Of a stretch of 64,000 nucleotides of DNA, positions 30,185 to 41,159 are shown in pieces. A model generated the notes under the pieces. It saw nothing but the letters and a program-made list of their open reading frames with translations, was not told where the DNA came from and searched no databases. This DNA comes from Flavobacteriales bacterium (GTDB lineage: Bacteria > Bacteroidota > Bacteroidia > NS11-12g > UBA9320): the NCBI GenBank assembly GCA_020635395.1, contig JACJZV010000001.1:782675-846674 (forward strand). The letters run 5' to 3'. How positions within the stretch are numbered: position 1 is the stretch's first letter; every line of letters starts with the position of its first letter. Made by a program: the position numbers and the translations under genes.

Positions 30185-31582
30185 ATGGGACACCATCATA
30201 TTACAGAAGTAAAAGAAGAAAAATTTGAGTTTACCAGCCGCTCTAGAATGTTTGTGGGCTTGGTATTCATTGTTGGATTGATTCTTACGTTTGTTGGTTT
30301 TTCAAAAATGAAAAGTACCAACGAGCATGGCAATAAACACGCAAAGGTGGAACATGTTGAGCAAAATGTTATTCACGCGGTGGCCAATCAAGAAGGAAAC
30401 GGTGAGCAACACGGAGCAGAACATTCAGCTGCCGCAGGTAATGAAGCAAACCGCGAGGGTGGCGAACATGCGGGCGGGCATCACGAAACTTGGAAAATGC
30501 GTTTTTGGGCAAACCTATTGCTCAACTCATACTATTTCATGTTGTTTGCACTGGCTGCCGTATTCTTTATTGCCGTAAACTATGCTGCAAACGCAGGATG
30601 GTCAACCTTGCTAAAGCGGGTAATTGAATCAATTTCATCGTATCTTCCCGTAGCTATCGTTATTTTAATGATAGTGGTTTTTATGGGAAAAGATTACATC
30701 TATCACCATTGGTGGCCAAAAATTGGATTAAAACCGGGCGATGCAGGATACGATGCTTTGATTGAAAAGAAATCTTGGTTTTTGAGCAAAGGATGGTTAA
30801 TGGTTGGAGCTCCGGTAATAATGATTATCTGGGTTTTATTTCGAACCATTTTAGTTCGTTTCTCACACAAAGAAGACGTGGAAGGTGGTACTTCTTTCTT
30901 TAGAAAAAGTGTAAACGTTTCAGCAGGATTCTTGGTTTTCTTTGCTTTCACTTTCTCTATTCTAAGCTGGATTTTGATTATGAGCATTGATGCCCACTGG
31001 TATAGTACTATTTTCTCTGTTTACAACTTTGCCATTGCATTTGTAACGGGTTTAACGGTAATCTGTTTCTTTACATTATACCTTAAATCAAAAGGATATA
31101 TGGAAATTGTTTCTGACGAGGTTATTCATGACTTGGGTAAATTTATGTTTGCCTTCTCTATTTTCTGGGCATATATTTGGTTGGCACAGTTCTTATTGAT
31201 TTGGTATGCAAACATCAGCGAAGAGGGTATTTACTACACCTTTAGATTAGAACATTTTAAACCAATGTTTAGAGTAAATATTTTGATGAATTTCTTCTTG
31301 CCATTTTTAATCTTGATGATGAGAAATGCGAAAAGAAACCCCAAAGTGTTGTTGGTGGCTGGAACAATCATTTTGTTTGGCCATTGGTTAGACTTGTTTT
31401 TGATGATAATGCCGGGCGTGGTTGGAGAAACAGCTCATATCGGTCTTTTAGAGATTGGAATGACCATGGCTTTTGCGGGATTATTCATTTACTGGGTGTT
31501 GCACAATCTGTCAAGAAAGAATTTGTATGCGGCAAATCACCCATACCTACTTGAATCTGCAAACCACGATGTGGGAGTTTAA
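30185..31582 (+). CDS. actF: ACIII subunit ActF (second NrfD-like membrane subunit) with a His-rich N-terminal segment.
   Basis: 465 aa and polytopic. It begins MGHHH, and between TM1 and TM2 lies about 60 aa of low-complexity sequence with about 12 His (HGNKHAKVEHVEQNVIH...GEHAGGHHETW). It is in the operon position of actF. Confidence 0.65.
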   Translation: MGHHHITEVKEEKFEFTSRSRMFVGLVFIVGLILTFVGFSKMKSTNEHGNKHAKVEHVEQNVIHAVANQEGNGEQHGAEHSAAAGNEANREGGEHAGGHHETWKMRFWANLLLNSYYFMLFALAAVFFIAVNYAANAGWSTLLKRVIESISSYLPVAIVILMIVVFMGKDYIYHHWWPKIGLKPGDAGYDALIEKKSWFLSKGWLMVGAPVIMIIWVLFRTILVRFSHKEDVEGGTSFFRKSVNVSAGFLVFFAFTFSILSWILIMSIDAHWYSTIFSVYNFAIAFVTGLTVICFFTLYLKSKGYMEIVSDEVIHDLGKFMFAFSIFWAYIWLAQFLLIWYANISEEGIYYTFRLEHFKPMFRVNILMNFFLPFLILMMRNAKRNPKVLLVAGTIILFGHWLDLFLMIMPGVVGETAHIGLLEIGMTMAFAGLFIYWVLHNLSRKNLYAANHPYLLESANHDVGV

Positions 31583-31601
31583 TTAAAATCTTATAAAAGC
31601 A

Positions 31602-31641
31602 AGAAGGCATTTCGAAAAAAGCGAAATGCCTTCTTCGTTTA
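31602..31641 (+). terminator. Candidate rho-independent terminator after actF.
   Basis: GAAGGCATTTCG aaaaaag CGAAATGCCTTC is a 12-bp perfect stem. A weak T-rich tract (TTCGTTTAT) follows. Confidence 0.45.
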
Positions 31642-31718
31642 TACACTAAATTAATATCTACAAATGCAAACATTCCTTTTATCTTTGCCGCCCGTTTAAT
31701 AAAAAGATTCTACGTTAA

Positions 31719-33326
<1,608 letters not shown>

Positions 33327-33342
33327 TTAGTTTTAAAAATAA

Positions 33343-34047
33343 ATGAAAAAAGCAATTTTTGGATTGGCCATAGTAGCTATCGGCTTATCGGCTTGCAAAA
33401 CTGGAGGAAAAGCGGTAAAGCTAAAAAACGAAGTTGACAGCGTTTCGTATGCTTGGGCTTATGCAATGGTTTCTAATGCTCAGTACATGAAGAGCTGGGA
33501 TACGTTGAATGTAGAAGTTATAGCAGCGGCCATTAAAGACTATTACGAAAAAGGAGATAGCGGAATGGCTATTTCAATGAACAATGTTCAGAGCGTTTTG
33601 GAAACATACGATTCTAAAAAATACAATGTTGTGTTGCAAAAGAACCTTGATGAAGGTCAAAAGTATTGGGAAGCCAACAAGGGAAAAGAAGGCGTTGTAA
33701 CTTTAGACAATGGCTTACAATACAAAGTGATAACACCTGGGAATGGAGTAAAACCCCAAATAAACGACACAGCTATATGCCATTATACATTGCGAAACGT
33801 AAACGGCGAGGTATTGCAATCATCTCAAGAATTTGGCCAACCGATACGATATACTGTTGGAAGTGGTATTCAAGGATGGAATGAAGCCTTGCCAATGATG
33901 GCCACAGGTTCTAAATGGGAACTTACCGTTCCGGCTAATTTAGCTTACGGAAAAAGAGGCAACCAAAGCATACCCGGCAATACAACATTGATATTTGAAA
34001 TTGAATTGTTGGATGTAGTAAAAGGAAAAAATGAAGCAAAAAAATAA
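33343..34047 (+). CDS. FKBP-type peptidyl-prolyl cis-trans isomerase, a periplasmic lipoprotein (FkpA/FklB-like).
   Basis: The lipobox is LSAC. The C-terminal FKBP domain has V.YKVI..G.G..P...D.V..HYTG...NG..FDSS and GW.EAL.MM..GSKWEL.VP..LAYG.RG. Confidence 0.8.
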   Translation: MKKAIFGLAIVAIGLSACKTGGKAVKLKNEVDSVSYAWAYAMVSNAQYMKSWDTLNVEVIAAAIKDYYEKGDSGMAISMNNVQSVLETYDSKKYNVVLQKNLDEGQKYWEANKGKEGVVTLDNGLQYKVITPGNGVKPQINDTAICHYTLRNVNGEVLQSSQEFGQPIRYTVGSGIQGWNEALPMMATGSKWELTVPANLAYGKRGNQSIPGNTTLIFEIELLDVVKGKNEAKK

Positions 34048-34723
34048 TAAAATAAGTTGGGTAGTCGTGGTTGCGGCCTTGTCGTTGGCATCATGTTCTG
34101 CCATTAAATCGAAAAGCAAAATGGAGGGAACTCAGGCACAAGTAAATTCCGAATTGGCACAAGCATCTGAAGCCACGGGCAAATTGGTTGGAAACAACAT
34201 TAAAAGTGGCGGTTTTGAAAAACTGGATATGAACGCTTTTATGGCAGGTTTACAGATGGCTTACGACAGCAACTTATCTCCTGATGATTTGCAGAATGCC
34301 AGCAAAATAATGAACGACTTTTTGACAAAGCAATTGTCGAAAGTTGGCAGCGAGTGGTTGGCAGAAAATGCCAAAAAAGATGGTGTTATTTCCCTGCCAA
34401 GTGGCTTGCAATACAAAGTAATAAAGCAGGGCAGTGGAGCAGTTGCCGCAGACGGAGATCAAGTTTCAGCCCATTACACCGGAAAACTGATTGACGGAAA
34501 AATATTTGATAGTTCTGTAGAAAGAGGGGAGCCATTAACCATTGGAGTTAATCAAGTAATCCGTGGTTGGACAGAGGCTTTAAAGATGATGCCGGAAGGC
34601 TCTAAATGGGAACTTTACATACCCTACAACTTGGCTTATGGCGAGCGTGGAAGCCCTCCTGCAATACCTCCATATTCAACATTGATTTTCGAAATTGAGT
34701 TGATTGATGTTATTGGAAAGTAA
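34031..34723 (+). CDS. FKBP-type peptidyl-prolyl cis-trans isomerase, a tandem paralogue.
   Basis: The lipobox is LASC. The FKBP motifs are LQYKVIKQGSG...VSAHYTGKLIDGKIFDSS and GWTEALKMMPEGSKWELYIPYNLAYGERG. Its start overlaps the upstream paralogue by 17 nt. Confidence 0.8.
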   Translation: MKQKNNKISWVVVVAALSLASCSAIKSKSKMEGTQAQVNSELAQASEATGKLVGNNIKSGGFEKLDMNAFMAGLQMAYDSNLSPDDLQNASKIMNDFLTKQLSKVGSEWLAENAKKDGVISLPSGLQYKVIKQGSGAVAADGDQVSAHYTGKLIDGKIFDSSVERGEPLTIGVNQVIRGWTEALKMMPEGSKWELYIPYNLAYGERGSPPAIPPYSTLIFEIELIDVIGK

Positions 34724-34753
34724 ACTCTAAATCTTTTAATTTAGAATTGAAAA

Positions 34754-34780
34754 GGGCGGCACGGAGTGCCGCCTTTTTTG
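34754..34780. terminator. Bidirectional rho-independent terminator between the convergent FKBP and WG-repeat genes.
   Basis: GGCGGCA cggag TGCCGCC is followed by TTTTTT on the plus strand and preceded by AAAA, which gives a T-run on the minus strand. Confidence 0.7.
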
Positions 34781-34782
34781 TT

Positions 34783-37700
34783 TTATTTAGAAACGGCTAT
34801 AGCATTCTTCTTCCACAGCCAATTGCCATCAAAAGTCAGATATTCCGGTATTTCGCCAACAAAAACTGTAAAAATTCGAGTGGCCTCGTCATACGTTATA
34901 TTGTCGTAAGTGTTTGTGGTAATCTTCTTTCCGAGGCCATCAATAAGCTCGTAGGAATGGTTTTTTAATGCAGTAATCTCATTGTCGTCACCAATCCAAA
35001 TGCGAGTGTATTCTATGGGTAGAACAATATCTCCAAAATGATTTATCACACCGTAATAGTCACCTATTTTTACTTTGGCAAGTCCATTTTTAAAGGGTTC
35101 GGCAAAGGTAAATTTCATTTTACATAAGGGTTTTCCAAATGCATCCAGATACTCCCAAACGTTGTTTCGATAAATTAAAATACTACCCTCCGAATATCTT
35201 GGGCGGTTTTGAATATTGACTTTCGGAAGAATATTCCCAAAAGTATCGATGCAGTGATATTCTCGTTTCAGACACACAAGAGCCAGCCCATTGCCAAAAT
35301 CGGTGCCGTAGTTAAACTTTGGTTCAATCACCCAGTCTCCTTTTTGGTTGATGTATCCGGTATGGCCATTTTTATTTTTTAGCTGCACCATTGCTCTGCC
35401 ATCGGCAAATGCCCCGTATTTCGACACATTGTAAATCTTTTTCAATTTATTCCCTGCTGGGTCATAAACGGTTAATATTTTATTTCGATAGGCAAGAATA
35501 GCGTGTTGGTCTATTTTAACAGTTTTATATCGTGGTTTTACAATCATTTCGCCATTTGAGCCAACAACCCCCCACAAATGTTTTTTGGCCAAAATCATTG
35601 ATTCGTTTTTTTGATAAGCCATTTTTCGGTATTTGGGCTTGCATATTGTTTCGCCCGCTGTGTTTATAAGACCATATTTTTTATTTCCATTCGCCACAAT
35701 GGCCACATCGCCTTTAAAGGCAAAGGTTTTGGAATAAAACTCGTCATTCAACGGATTTCCGTCGGTATCTATAATGATAAAACCATTTTTTCGTTTTCCA
35801 CTTTTTTTCTTTTCAGATATCTTGATGGCTGCATAATTGCCCGAACACCAAGCAATGTTTTTATAGGGTTTGTCATTTATCTGGCTTCCGTTGCTATCCA
35901 AAATGCCCCACCCACGATTTAATCGAACCGGCACAAGCCCATTGTCAAACTCTTTTCTGAAAGCATAAACCGGAACTTCTGTTTTAATCATCTCTCCATT
36001 GGCTTTCAGAACATAAGAAGCATTGTCAGATTTTACGAGAGCCAGCCCGTCGTGCATTTTACTCCCCTCCGAGTAGGAATTGTTTATTCGTTGACCTTTG
36101 TTGTTATAATAATGGTAGGCATCCGTCCATTTGGTTAATTTGTATAAACTTCCGGAGTCGTTAGACACTCGGTCAATGTTGATGTTGTCGAATGAGGTAA
36201 GATATTGGCCGTCTCTATTTATCAAGGCACATGTATCCCATTTGTAAACCACTGCATTGTCTGGGTCGAAAGGTTCTGCAAACGATATGTCATTTCGGGA
36301 TAGAAGCAAATTGCCATCTGCATCCACGTAGTTCCAAGTACCGCCCACAAATGTTACCATTACCGACGACCGATATCGATTGTACATGAATGAGCTTGCT
36401 TTTTGGTAAAGTACGGCTATGGAGTAGTTGTATTTATTTGCAAAATCAAGAGCCATGTCAATGTTTTTATAAGATGGCGGCTGTAAGTAATCAATGGAGC
36501 CTTTAAGGTAAATTCTTGCCCGTCCATTCACAAAATCATCGATGAAAGGAGATTGATATTTTTGTTCTTTAAAGTTTCCTTTATGAATAAGTACAAATTC
36601 GCCAGAAGCCTTTCGTGCCTGAAAAACATTCAAATTTGGGTCGGATAGCGATTTTGTGTCAATGTAGGTATAGTTCAATGGAACCACAATTTTGCCGATG
36701 GTGTGATCCACAATTCCGCAATAGGTGGTAAATAATGAGCTTTTTGTGGAATAATACGATTGACGGAAAACGAACGAAAAGGGAGACCCCTCAACAGCAG
36801 TATGGTAGGAAAATTGAGGTTTAAGCCATACCTCACCGCTGGGTGAACGCAAGCCCCAATATGATTTTTCGATAAACCATACCCCCGACTGATTAACAAG
36901 ATTGTTGACGATGCCCGAGGCGTTGGCATCCATTCCCATTCGCACAGATTCGAGCGTGTTATGATTGGTAAATTCGGCACTATCAACCACCCTTTTGTTT
37001 TCCAACTCAAAAAACCAAAGATTTCCATCGTTATCAATACCCTTAATAACATTGTCTGATACACTCAGTTGGCTCATGCGGGGAGCTATCAATTCTTTTT
37101 TTGCCAAAAACCCGAAAACGCCAATGCCACTTTCCGTACTCACCTGAATAAAATCATCGTTTAATAGATAAACGGAGCTATAAACATTGGGCAACAACGG
37201 AACTAAATTTGAGTCGAGCAAATTGGCAATTCCGTTCGACGAAACCTGAAGATAATTGCTCTGTACTCGGGCATATTCTAAAGTCTCCGGAAGATATTTT
37301 CCGTTCAACAGAATCTTGAGTACTCCATTGTTGTTAATAACTAAATGGTTGTTGAAAATGGTACTCACGAAACCCCAGTTGGTGTCGATGGCCTCGTTTG
37401 TAGGTGCATAAAAAAGAATGGTATCCTTTTTAAATATAGCCGAGTAATAGTCGTTATAATCAATAATTTCCTCCCAAGTCTGGTCAAAAACAGTTGACGC
37501 AGAATCTATTGGATGCCATTTCTTTTTTTGCTTAACAAATTGCCTGTTGCAGACGTGCATATAATCTTCAAATTCACCCAAAAGAAATAATTTTGAATCG
37601 ACGCAGTATATTCCTGATTTTGAGGCTTCGTTGTGCGTACACCAAAAGAAAAAGTTATCAAAACGATTGCTAAATGTGATGGATTGATAAATGGGTTCGA

Positions 37701-38139
37701 CAATAAATTGCAACGAAGAATCTAATATTCCGTAAAGATTATTTTGCTTTACCAAAAACCAAAGTCCATTGTTAATCGCCTCAATTTCAGAGAAATCGGC
37801 TGTTTTTAATATCTCTCCCGAGTAGCTGCAAAAACCAAATTGATTGTTGGTGTTGAAGATAATTTTATCCTGCAACAATTGGTGCAGATTCATACCATGC
37901 ACGGAAAGTGTTTTGCCCTGTGAATTTATCAGAAAGGTTTCCGAATCAATGTCAACCCTTGCAAAACCATATTTAAAAGAAGATGCCTTGTCGAATTGAT
38001 TGGCAATTTTTTGATTCCCATTTCCATCAATATAGCCCCACTTTTTCCCATCAAATACTGGATATAAGGTTTGCGACAGCACCAAAAGAGATTTGCAGCA
38101 TAGCAGTGCCACCAAACTCAAAAACTTCAACCTGTTCAT
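34783..38139 (-). CDS. Large (1118 aa) secreted WG-containing-repeat (KWG) protein.
   Basis: Signal peptide. There are many about 35-aa repeats of the form G..G.WG.ID..G..VI.P.Y... (for example GKKWGYIDGNGNQKIANQFDKASSFKYGFARVD, NGLWFLV, GKYGLIN). Confidence 0.75.
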   Translation of the reverse strand: MNRLKFLSLVALLCCKSLLVLSQTLYPVFDGKKWGYIDGNGNQKIANQFDKASSFKYGFARVDIDSETFLINSQGKTLSVHGMNLHQLLQDKIIFNTNNQFGFCSYSGEILKTADFSEIEAINNGLWFLVKQNNLYGILDSSLQFIVEPIYQSITFSNRFDNFFFWCTHNEASKSGIYCVDSKLFLLGEFEDYMHVCNRQFVKQKKKWHPIDSASTVFDQTWEEIIDYNDYYSAIFKKDTILFYAPTNEAIDTNWGFVSTIFNNHLVINNNGVLKILLNGKYLPETLEYARVQSNYLQVSSNGIANLLDSNLVPLLPNVYSSVYLLNDDFIQVSTESGIGVFGFLAKKELIAPRMSQLSVSDNVIKGIDNDGNLWFFELENKRVVDSAEFTNHNTLESVRMGMDANASGIVNNLVNQSGVWFIEKSYWGLRSPSGEVWLKPQFSYHTAVEGSPFSFVFRQSYYSTKSSLFTTYCGIVDHTIGKIVVPLNYTYIDTKSLSDPNLNVFQARKASGEFVLIHKGNFKEQKYQSPFIDDFVNGRARIYLKGSIDYLQPPSYKNIDMALDFANKYNYSIAVLYQKASSFMYNRYRSSVMVTFVGGTWNYVDADGNLLLSRNDISFAEPFDPDNAVVYKWDTCALINRDGQYLTSFDNINIDRVSNDSGSLYKLTKWTDAYHYYNNKGQRINNSYSEGSKMHDGLALVKSDNASYVLKANGEMIKTEVPVYAFRKEFDNGLVPVRLNRGWGILDSNGSQINDKPYKNIAWCSGNYAAIKISEKKKSGKRKNGFIIIDTDGNPLNDEFYSKTFAFKGDVAIVANGNKKYGLINTAGETICKPKYRKMAYQKNESMILAKKHLWGVVGSNGEMIVKPRYKTVKIDQHAILAYRNKILTVYDPAGNKLKKIYNVSKYGAFADGRAMVQLKNKNGHTGYINQKGDWVIEPKFNYGTDFGNGLALVCLKREYHCIDTFGNILPKVNIQNRPRYSEGSILIYRNNVWEYLDAFGKPLCKMKFTFAEPFKNGLAKVKIGDYYGVINHFGDIVLPIEYTRIWIGDDNEITALKNHSYELIDGLGKKITTNTYDNITYDEATRIFTVFVGEIPEYLTFDGNWLWKKNAIAVSK

Positions 38140-38158
38140 CGTTTTGTTTTTATCAGGT

Positions 38159-39553
38159 TTATCCTACAGAAAGTGTTTTGATAATAGAACCGAGTTTTTC
38201 GGCACTATCTGCATATTGGCCGGAGGGTTTTAAAAATAGTTCAATTTTGCCTTTTTCTCTGGCGAGGTAGATATCTTCTAATTTTATGGTTTTTGTTTTT
38301 AATGTGGCCACCTCTCCGGTGGGCATTATGGACAACAAAACGGTGTTTTGACTGCGTTGGAAAACAAAATTTCCACCGTAAAACGTAATCACTTCATTTG
38401 TTTCACAATTGAGAGAATAGATAACTGGAGCTGAGGCCGTTTGCACGCCTTCATATTTAAAAATGGCATTTAGCACCACAGCATCGGGTTGTTTGATAAT
38501 TCTATCCCAATTATACACTCCCATATTTCGTATAGAAACCGCACGCATAAATGTAGTATTTTGGCTGGCTTTCAACTCGGCTGATTGCTCTCTCCGCAAT
38601 ATTTCTTGCTTGTATTTTTGCTGGGCAGCGTTGTATTGAGCCAATGCTGCGGCATAATCTTTACCAAACAGAACAGGTTTAACGTTGGTTTGCTTTTTGG
38701 TACTACCTTTACTTACCTCCAATTGGCACAATCCTTTTTCGGGGTCAACACTGGTTATAAAAACGGTTTCCCATTTTTCGGCAAAAAGCCATTTGTTTGC
38801 CTCCACTTCTTTGTTATTTTCAAATGTCCAAAGCATATTTCCGGCATCCGATATGCCAAGAGTCTCAAAATTGTCCACTTTCAAATCAAATACAAAGTCT
38901 GATTTAGATACTTTCTGGGGTTTTATTGGCATTTTGGTGTCGATAGTTTTTGCTTTATCGGTGGTGGCAACGGTTGTGTTTTGTACTGCTACGGCATTCA
39001 GTTCCGACTTGTTTTGCTCAACCCATTTGCCATTGGCTTGGTCGTATTCATAAAAATTAAAATCACCTTCTTTGCTGCTTTTGGTTTGCACGTCAATTTG
39101 TTTGCCGTTGGCCAATTTCAAAAGTTCATTGCCCTGTTTGGCATTTATTTCAAACATACCGCCGCTTTGCATATATTCTGTTTTGCCGTTAATGGCAATG
39201 CACATGGGCAAGCCACTGGCTATAACAGCAGCGGGGTCGTTTATTTCTGTAAACTCTAATGTAACAGAGCCTGAAACAGGATTGCCGTTTTGATCCACAA
39301 AGGCATTGGCCGGAACTTTCACCTTTGCCCCGCTTTCAAAATTAATTTCTGCACCTTTTTCTACGGCAAAAGTGTTGCTTTGGCAGCCAATGGCCAATTG
39401 CGATGAGGGTTTAATCCGCTCAAATTTTTCTGTTTTTTGAATGGAAGAGAAGACTTTTTTGGAGTTGATGTCAGCATTTTCTCCATTTTTTTGGCAAGCC
39501 GAAATAGAAAATAACAATGCCAATGCGATGATAGATGATGTAAGTGTTTTCAT
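38159..39553 (-). CDS. Hypothetical lipoprotein (464 aa).
   Basis: The lipobox is LFSISAC. No recognisable family. Confidence 0.5.
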   Translation of the reverse strand: MKTLTSSIIALALLFSISACQKNGENADINSKKVFSSIQKTEKFERIKPSSQLAIGCQSNTFAVEKGAEINFESGAKVKVPANAFVDQNGNPVSGSVTLEFTEINDPAAVIASGLPMCIAINGKTEYMQSGGMFEINAKQGNELLKLANGKQIDVQTKSSKEGDFNFYEYDQANGKWVEQNKSELNAVAVQNTTVATTDKAKTIDTKMPIKPQKVSKSDFVFDLKVDNFETLGISDAGNMLWTFENNKEVEANKWLFAEKWETVFITSVDPEKGLCQLEVSKGSTKKQTNVKPVLFGKDYAAALAQYNAAQQKYKQEILRREQSAELKASQNTTFMRAVSIRNMGVYNWDRIIKQPDAVVLNAIFKYEGVQTASAPVIYSLNCETNEVITFYGGNFVFQRSQNTVLLSIMPTGEVATLKTKTIKLEDIYLAREKGKIELFLKPSGQYADSAEKLGSIIKTLSVG

Positions 39554-39752
39554 GTCGAACCTTTTTTTAAGTTAAAATTATTGAGACTCAATGAGTCCAT
39601 TCAACGGGTTAATAAACAAAATGAAAAAAGGTAACCTTAGTTGGGTAGAAAATTGAATAAAGAGTTAACGGAATCTATACTGATATATTACCAAAGAGGT
39701 GAAATTAGTTTGTAAATGCCGAAAAAGACAAGCTAAAAGTATTGATTTGAAG

Positions 39753-41159
39753 CTATTTTCCTCTGCCCTGAACCATAATAAGAGCGGTGTAAATAAGAAT
39801 TTTAAAATCAAGAGCCAGCGACATATTTTCTACATACAGAATGTCGTATTTCATTCGCTCAATCATTTGTTGCACATTTTCTGCGTAGCCATATTTTACC
39901 TGCCCCCAACTGGTAATGCCCGGTTTTACTCGATGTAGCCGTTTGTAGTGCGGTGCTATTTTTATAATTTGGTCGATAAAAAATTGTCTTTCTGGTCGGG
40001 GCCCTACTAAGGTCATGTCGTTTTTTAGCACATTATAAAATTGGGGCAATTCATCAAGTCTTGTTTTTCTTAAAAACTTGCCAATTTTTGTAATTCTGGG
40101 GTCTTCTTCACTGCTCAATGCAGGACCATTTTTTTCGGAGTCAATAAACATCGACCGAAATTTGTAGATGTGAAAGGGCTTACCGCCGATGCCAATTCTT
40201 TCTTGACTGAAAAAAACAGGGCCTTTACTTGTAAAATAAACGATAGCTGCAATGCACACCAAAATAGGGAATAGAATCACCAAGGCCAATGTAGAAATCA
40301 GAATGTCGAGAAAACGTTTAACACTTTTTTGCCAATCGGGCATCAAATAAGGACTTATCTGAATTAAAAGTGTTCCTAAAATATTGTTCATTCGCACGCT
40401 GCCCGACAAAATATCGTACATATCAGGAATGATTTTAATATTGACACCCAAACCGCTCAGTTGGTCAATAATTTTATTAATCTTGGTGTGGTCGCTTGTT
40501 TCTACGGCAATTAGGGTTTCTTCAATCTTTTTTTGGTTAATAATTTCAGGCAAATCGGCATACGAACCAAGTCGCGGAATTTTGCCTTCAAATAGATTTT
40601 TATCCTCGCCGTTAACATTTACATATCCTTCAAAGAAGTAGCCCTCACTGTATTTAGCGTTTTCTAATTCGTTGTAAAGTGCAAATGCCTTTTCATCACC
40701 ACCTATCAAAATGGTTTTAAAGCCAATTTCTCGATGTTTTATTTTTTTTCCGATTCGAGTAGTTAGCAAGGCTCTAAAAAGTTGTGTAATTCCAAAATGA
40801 AAACCAAAAAGAGCCAAAAATTCAGCGTAGTAGGCAGTATAGTCTGATACTTTGTCGTCGAGCAGTACACTGAAAAAAATGAGGAGGCTACCGAAAAAAC
40901 TGACTATCAAGACTTGGCTAAACTCTTTTAGCCTTGATTTGCGTAGCACCTCCCGATATTGTCCGTAGAGGTAAAAAGCAAAAATCCAAAAAACGGGAAT
41001 GGCTAATAAACCTAAATATAAATTGTTGTCATTAAGGCATTCTTCAATCGACTTGTTTTCGTGAAAATAAGAGCGGTAGAAAAAGAAAAGCAACCACGAA
41101 ACGATTGCCGCAACGTAATCTAAACCAATGTATAGAAATCTATAAAAACGGGTTTTCAA
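39753..41159 (-). CDS. Polyprenyl-phosphate sugar phosphotransferase (WbaP/CpsE-like initiating exopolysaccharide glycosyltransferase).
   Basis: About 5 N-terminal TM helices. The C-terminal bacterial sugar-transferase domain has PVFFSQERIG..GK.F.IYKFRSM and DELPQF.NVLKNDMTLVGPRPE. The start is TTG, 4 nt overlapped by the upstream gene. Confidence 0.8.
   Translation of the reverse strand: MKTRFYRFLYIGLDYVAAIVSWLLFFFYRSYFHENKSIEECLNDNNLYLGLLAIPVFWIFAFYLYGQYREVLRKSRLKEFSQVLIVSFFGSLLIFFSVLLDDKVSDYTAYYAEFLALFGFHFGITQLFRALLTTRIGKKIKHREIGFKTILIGGDEKAFALYNELENAKYSEGYFFEGYVNVNGEDKNLFEGKIPRLGSYADLPEIINQKKIEETLIAVETSDHTKINKIIDQLSGLGVNIKIIPDMYDILSGSVRMNNILGTLLIQISPYLMPDWQKSVKRFLDILISTLALVILFPILVCIAAIVYFTSKGPVFFSQERIGIGGKPFHIYKFRSMFIDSEKNGPALSSEEDPRITKIGKFLRKTRLDELPQFYNVLKNDMTLVGPRPERQFFIDQIIKIAPHYKRLHRVKPGITSWGQVKYGYAENVQQMIERMKYDILYVENMSLALDFKILIYTALIMVQGRGK

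Noticed and set aside
34747-34968. 73-aa plus-strand ORF starting inside the terminator and overlapping the 3' end of the WG-repeat gene.
   Set aside because: It begins within the hairpin of a bidirectional terminator and overlaps a large convergent gene. No motifs.
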